Assembly: GCA_050298055.1 (NCBI GenBank)
Contig: JBNKTL010000014.1
Coordinates: forward strand, 10,791-73,186
Direction: 5' to 3'
From: Spirochaetota bacterium
GTDB lineage: Bacteria > Spirochaetota > UBA4802 > UBA5550
Length of the DNA stretch: 62,396 bases
In this document: positions 58,935 through 62,396 of the stretch, piece after piece
Layout: each line of letters starts with the position of its first letter
Position numbering within the stretch: the stretch's first letter is position 1
Notes under the pieces: generated by a model
Told to the model about the DNA's origin: nothing
Seen by the model: only the letters and a program-made list of their open reading frames with translations
The model's database searches: none
Translations under genes and position numbers: made by a program

Positions 58935-60251
58935 TTACAGGAGCTGGAGATATTCTTTTATCTCAAAATCTGTTATGTAATTATTATATTTGTCTATCTC
59001 GTAGATCTTGTTCTCAATCAGTTTATTAAAGATAAATTCCCCGAGAGTGTTTTTCATCAGGGTGCTTTTACTGAACTCTTCCATAGCCCCGTAAAGATGT
59101 TTCGGGAGAGGCTGAAAAATATCTGCATGGGGCGTTTCCGATGAACAGTCAGTATCTGAAAAGACCGGATCGGGAATCTCATATTTTTCGTCAATCCCTT
59201 TCATCCCCGCTGCCAGTATGGCGGAAAAAACAAGGTATGGATTACATGCGGGATCAGGACTTCTCAGTTCAATGCGCATTGAATGAGGTTTGTCCGGATT
59301 GCACTGGGGAATACGGATAAGGGCCGACGGACTTGTGGGGCTCCATGTTGAATGGGTGGGGGACTCGAATCCCTGCATCAGCCTCTTGTATGAATTCATC
59401 CACTGGTTGGTAAGCATCAGGAACTCATTACTGTGGTGAAGGAGCCCCGCAATAAATTGTTTTGCCGTTTGTGAGAGATGATATTCGTCTTTGCCGTCGA
59501 AGAACAAATTCTCTTCACTTTTAAAAAGCGACTGGTGAATATGGAGTCCCGAACCGTTCTGGTTCGCAAGGGGTTTTGGCATGAATGAGGCATAGATACT
59601 GTTCTGCTGGCCAATCTCCTTGGCAACCAGTTTAAACGTCATGATATTATCAGCAGTTGCAAGGGCGTTATCGTGCCTGAGGTCAATTTCGTGCTGGCTG
59701 TATGACGCTTCGTGATGTGAAGTGATGACATCAATACCCATCTCTTCAAGTGTCATAACAGTCTGGCGCCTGAAGTCGGTGGCAACGTCAAGGGGAGTGA
59801 GGTCAAAATATCCGCCCCTGTCCAGGATCTCCGGTGACGCCGAACTTTTAAAGAAGAAAAATTCTATCTCCGGTCCGGTATAGAAGGTCAGTCCCCTGTT
59901 TGAAATTTCTTCCAGGGACTTTTTAAGAACATAGCGTGAGTCACCTTCATAATGGGTCTTGTCCATTAACATGATGTTGCAGAACATCCTTGCAACGGAA
60001 TCCTCTTTCGGTCTCCAGGGAAGAATCTGAAAAGTGGATGATTCAGGCATCGCAATCATCTCCCTCTCGTCGGACCGTGCAAAGCCATGAAGAGTGGACC
60101 CGTCAAAGCGCACACCCTCCCGGAGCGCATCTTCAAGTTCATTAACAGTTATTGAAAAGCTTTTAAGAAAACCGAGAATGTCCGTAAACCAGAGCCGGAT
60201 AAACCTGACCCTGTTATCGTGAGCTTTTTTTAAAATATATTCTTCGTCCAT
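58935..60251 (-). CDS. glnA: Glutamine synthetase type I family protein
   Basis: FIRLWFTDILG, FDGS, GPEIEFF, HHE...QHEID, FMPKP..NGSGLHIHQSL, IELRSPDP.CNPYL. Confidence 0.85.
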   Translation of the reverse strand: MDEEYILKKAHDNRVRFIRLWFTDILGFLKSFSITVNELEDALREGVRFDGSTLHGFARSDEREMIAMPESSTFQILPWRPKEDSVARMFCNIMLMDKTHYEGDSRYVLKKSLEEISNRGLTFYTGPEIEFFFFKSSASPEILDRGGYFDLTPLDVATDFRRQTVMTLEEMGIDVITSHHEASYSQHEIDLRHDNALATADNIMTFKLVAKEIGQQNSIYASFMPKPLANQNGSGLHIHQSLFKSEENLFFDGKDEYHLSQTAKQFIAGLLHHSNEFLMLTNQWMNSYKRLMQGFESPTHSTWSPTSPSALIRIPQCNPDKPHSMRIELRSPDPACNPYLVFSAILAAGMKGIDEKYEIPDPVFSDTDCSSETPHADIFQPLPKHLYGAMEEFSKSTLMKNTLGEFIFNKLIENKIYEIDKYNNYITDFEIKEYLQLL

Positions 60252-60299
60252 ATCACCAGCTATCCGGATTTAATCTATAAAAGGATTTTAATGATGGCA

Positions 60300-61313
60300 T
60301 TACCAGCCTATCATGATAAGCAATGCAAAGAGCAGAAGTATCAGAATAAGAAGTACCAGCATCACAAGTGTACCTTTATTCATTATTGATTCTCCTGCTG
60401 CTCTCTCCTTCTTTTTCTCCCCCTTTTCTTCAAGGGGCTTTATATTTTTTAAATTGATCTCCTCGTCAACAGCAGGATCAAACATTCTGAGCTTGACCTG
60501 CTTTTCATTTTCAAAGCTCTTTCCGAAATAACCGGGGATTATCTTTGTCAGAATCTCAATGGGATCATTTCTCTGTGTTCCGGCCTTTATATCAATTATT
60601 TCCGCAGGGACCGGCTTTATCTCTTTTTCATTTTTCAGGTCAAGATCATCAATCAGGTAATTTGCCCTGTCAGATGTGGGTTTGACCCTTACCATCAGCC
60701 TGTCGCCGATTTTCAGGTTATAGATCGGTTTCCCCTTAACAGGAGAGAGTATAAGGTCAATGGGGAGAATGACTGAACCGCTTGGCTGTTCTGTGTTATT
60801 GCCGGTTTCCTCATGCTTCTCTTCTTCCTTCGGTTTGCTTCTCTGTTCTTTAATATTTACATAATCAGAGGGAGCAACTTCCTGAATAACAGTTTCCAGT
60901 GCAAGGTTTTTATCATGAATTATCCTGTTAATGAGGTCATAGACTATCCGCTCAACTTCCTTATAGTTGTAGTTATAAATGTGGTCATAAAGTAAATTGA
61001 TATTATCTAATTCACCCTGGAAAGAATTCAGGTTGTCCATGATTGAAGAAGTCAGGTTATTATTAAACTGTCCCTTCCACTTCATGTCGACGATAATCTC
61101 TTCGTATTTATTCCACTCCATGCTCAATTCCGTTTTATAGACCCCCGAATATGTGGATACAACCACATTATATGTTTCAAATTCTTTAGAACTGTTGAAA
61201 AGAAGAATCATCAGCCCGTAGATATTTGACGGTACGGCCTTAAATTTTGCCTTCAGAACCAGGATATTCTCTTCTGACAACTCATTTATTCCAGGACTCA
61301 TATTATCAACCAT
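60300..61313 (-). CDS. Hypothetical protein with C-terminal membrane anchor
   Basis: Long ORF with ILSPVKGKPI..LKIGD motif and terminal TM; start uncertain (61313 or nearby). Confidence 0.7.
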   Translation of the reverse strand: MVDNMSPGINELSEENILVLKAKFKAVPSNIYGLMILLFNSSKEFETYNVVVSTYSGVYKTELSMEWNKYEEIIVDMKWKGQFNNNLTSSIMDNLNSFQGELDNINLLYDHIYNYNYKEVERIVYDLINRIIHDKNLALETVIQEVAPSDYVNIKEQRSKPKEEEKHEETGNNTEQPSGSVILPIDLILSPVKGKPIYNLKIGDRLMVRVKPTSDRANYLIDDLDLKNEKEIKPVPAEIIDIKAGTQRNDPIEILTKIIPGYFGKSFENEKQVKLRMFDPAVDEEINLKNIKPLEEKGEKKKERAAGESIMNKGTLVMLVLLILILLLFALLIMIGW

Positions 61314-61580
61314 GCTCTCATTCCGTAAAAAAGAAAATTTGTTGATAGATTTAAACTTTGAGTGTATATGTGTCAATATAAAAAAAGAAATTGCCTGTGT
61401 GTTATCAGTTGTGTTTTTCGATAAATATGATTATTCTTAAACAGAGCTGGGTCGATACTAAAAAATAATTATTTTGTTTGAACTGTATATATACGATATA
61501 TATATTAGAGTTGTGATAAGGGAAACCCTTTATTTATTAATAAAGATAAAGATACTCCACCTTTGTGGGATAAGTTTCAA

Positions 61581-61603
61581 AACAGGATGTTAAAGGTCAG
61601 GAT
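61581..61603 (+). promoter_or_regulatory. Candidate CsrA-binding sites in leader of last gene
   Basis: aacAGGATgtt mini-hairpin plus a second cAGGAt just before the ATG. Confidence 0.45.
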
Positions 61604-62396
61604 ATGAAAAAAAGTACATATATACTGAATAACAGAGCTCTTCTGCTGATATTTATTGTGATGATAGTGCTCTTCACACGTCAGGCATACACTTTTACTG
61701 ACCAGATTACTACCGAAAGGATCCTCAGGGAAAACAAGCATTTTATTGAATTCATTGATGTAACCATAACCAACTTCGGTGATCAGAAACTTGATGAATT
61801 TCAAAAAATTTATAACAAGCATTTTAATGCAGAAGTGGCTTTTCTGCAGGCAGATTATCACAGGGCATATAAAAGGATATATTCTTCCCAGGGCGAAATG
61901 GTAAAACTTTACGAGGATGTTTTGAAAAACTTCTATCTTGAAGATTCCAAAAATATTCTTGATAAACTTGCCCCCGATATCATCAGGTCAAAGGATGCCA
62001 AGGCAAAACATTACCTTACACTTGGCTACAGGGACAGGACGGTTGGCTGGACGCATTATACCGTTGGAGACGCAACAAACCCAAAGCAGTACTCATGGAA
62101 ACTCTACAAATATGAGGAAGCAATAAAAATGACCCGGAGGGCAAAAAAATATGGTTTCCTGGCGATGTTCCAGAGCCAGTCTTCGGCTATGAAGATAAAG
62201 ATATACACGAAACTCCTTGAATCGGAAAAGGCGAAGGGAAATCTCTTCTTCAACAGGTTCCTGGGCCTTGAAGAGAAGAAATATATTGATGAGTTCAGTA
62301 CCTCCAACTTTATGGGAATAAAGGGAGACAGGTACATAATGCCCGAATCAAATACAATTCTTCCCAGTATTACAAACAAAAGCCTTGCTGTTATTG
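61604..62396 (+). CDS. OmpL37-family surface protein, truncated at window edge
   Basis: My translation: MKKSTYILNN...ENKHFIEFIDVTITNFG...HFNAEVAFLQADY...YLEDSKNILDKLAP.II.SKDAKAKHYLTLGYRD...YEEAIKMTRRAKKY, resembling leptospiral OmpL37; absent from ORF track. Confidence 0.75.
   Translation, partial: MKKSTYILNNRALLLIFIVMIVLFTRQAYTFTDQITTERILRENKHFIEFIDVTITNFGDQKLDEFQKIYNKHFNAEVAFLQADYHRAYKRIYSSQGEMVKLYEDVLKNFYLEDSKNILDKLAPDIIRSKDAKAKHYLTLGYRDRTVGWTHYTVGDATNPKQYSWKLYKYEEAIKMTRRAKKYGFLAMFQSQSSAMKIKIYTKLLESEKAKGNLFFNRFLGLEEKKYIDEFSTSNFMGIKGDRYIMPESNTILPSITNKSLAVI

Overview
62.4-kb bacterial chromosomal segment, most likely from a free-living and probably anaerobic Spirochaetota lineage related to Leptospira. 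This is inferred from an OmpL37-like adhesin, a DUF1554/Len-like lipoprotein, a 7TM-DISM sensor, the yajC-X-secDF arrangement and a type-II-like BioB. The backbone is housekeeping: two-component sensors, bioBAFD, a solo dnaK with a perfect CIRCE plus degP, a Gld-like ABC system, lon, tRNA-Leu(GAG), ndk, gap-tpiA-secG, metK, exbBD-bamA-skp, yajC-secDF, ribD-ribE and a glnA-family gene. The most interesting signals are non-coding or accessory. (1) A ~2.3-kb island after ndk starts with a group IIC intron 5' stub and carries two orphan polymorphic-toxin immunity genes (Imm11-like, Imm49-like). Each sits behind a copy of the same 125-bp leader, and the first is bracketed by an exact 29-bp direct repeat, suggesting cassette-like acquisition of immunity genes. 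(2) A repeat-gene-repeat-gene patch at 18.2-21.0 kb includes an AT-rich K+-channel-domain gene. (3) Nested intergenic repeats recur, into which twin GGA-loop hairpins resembling CsrA-binding sites are inserted. (4) A GC-rich palindrome with a flipped loop sits upstream of two envelope operons. (5) There is a frameshifted ferredoxin missed by the ORF track and a BamA with extra POTRA domains. All family calls come from motif recognition by eye; no searches were run.
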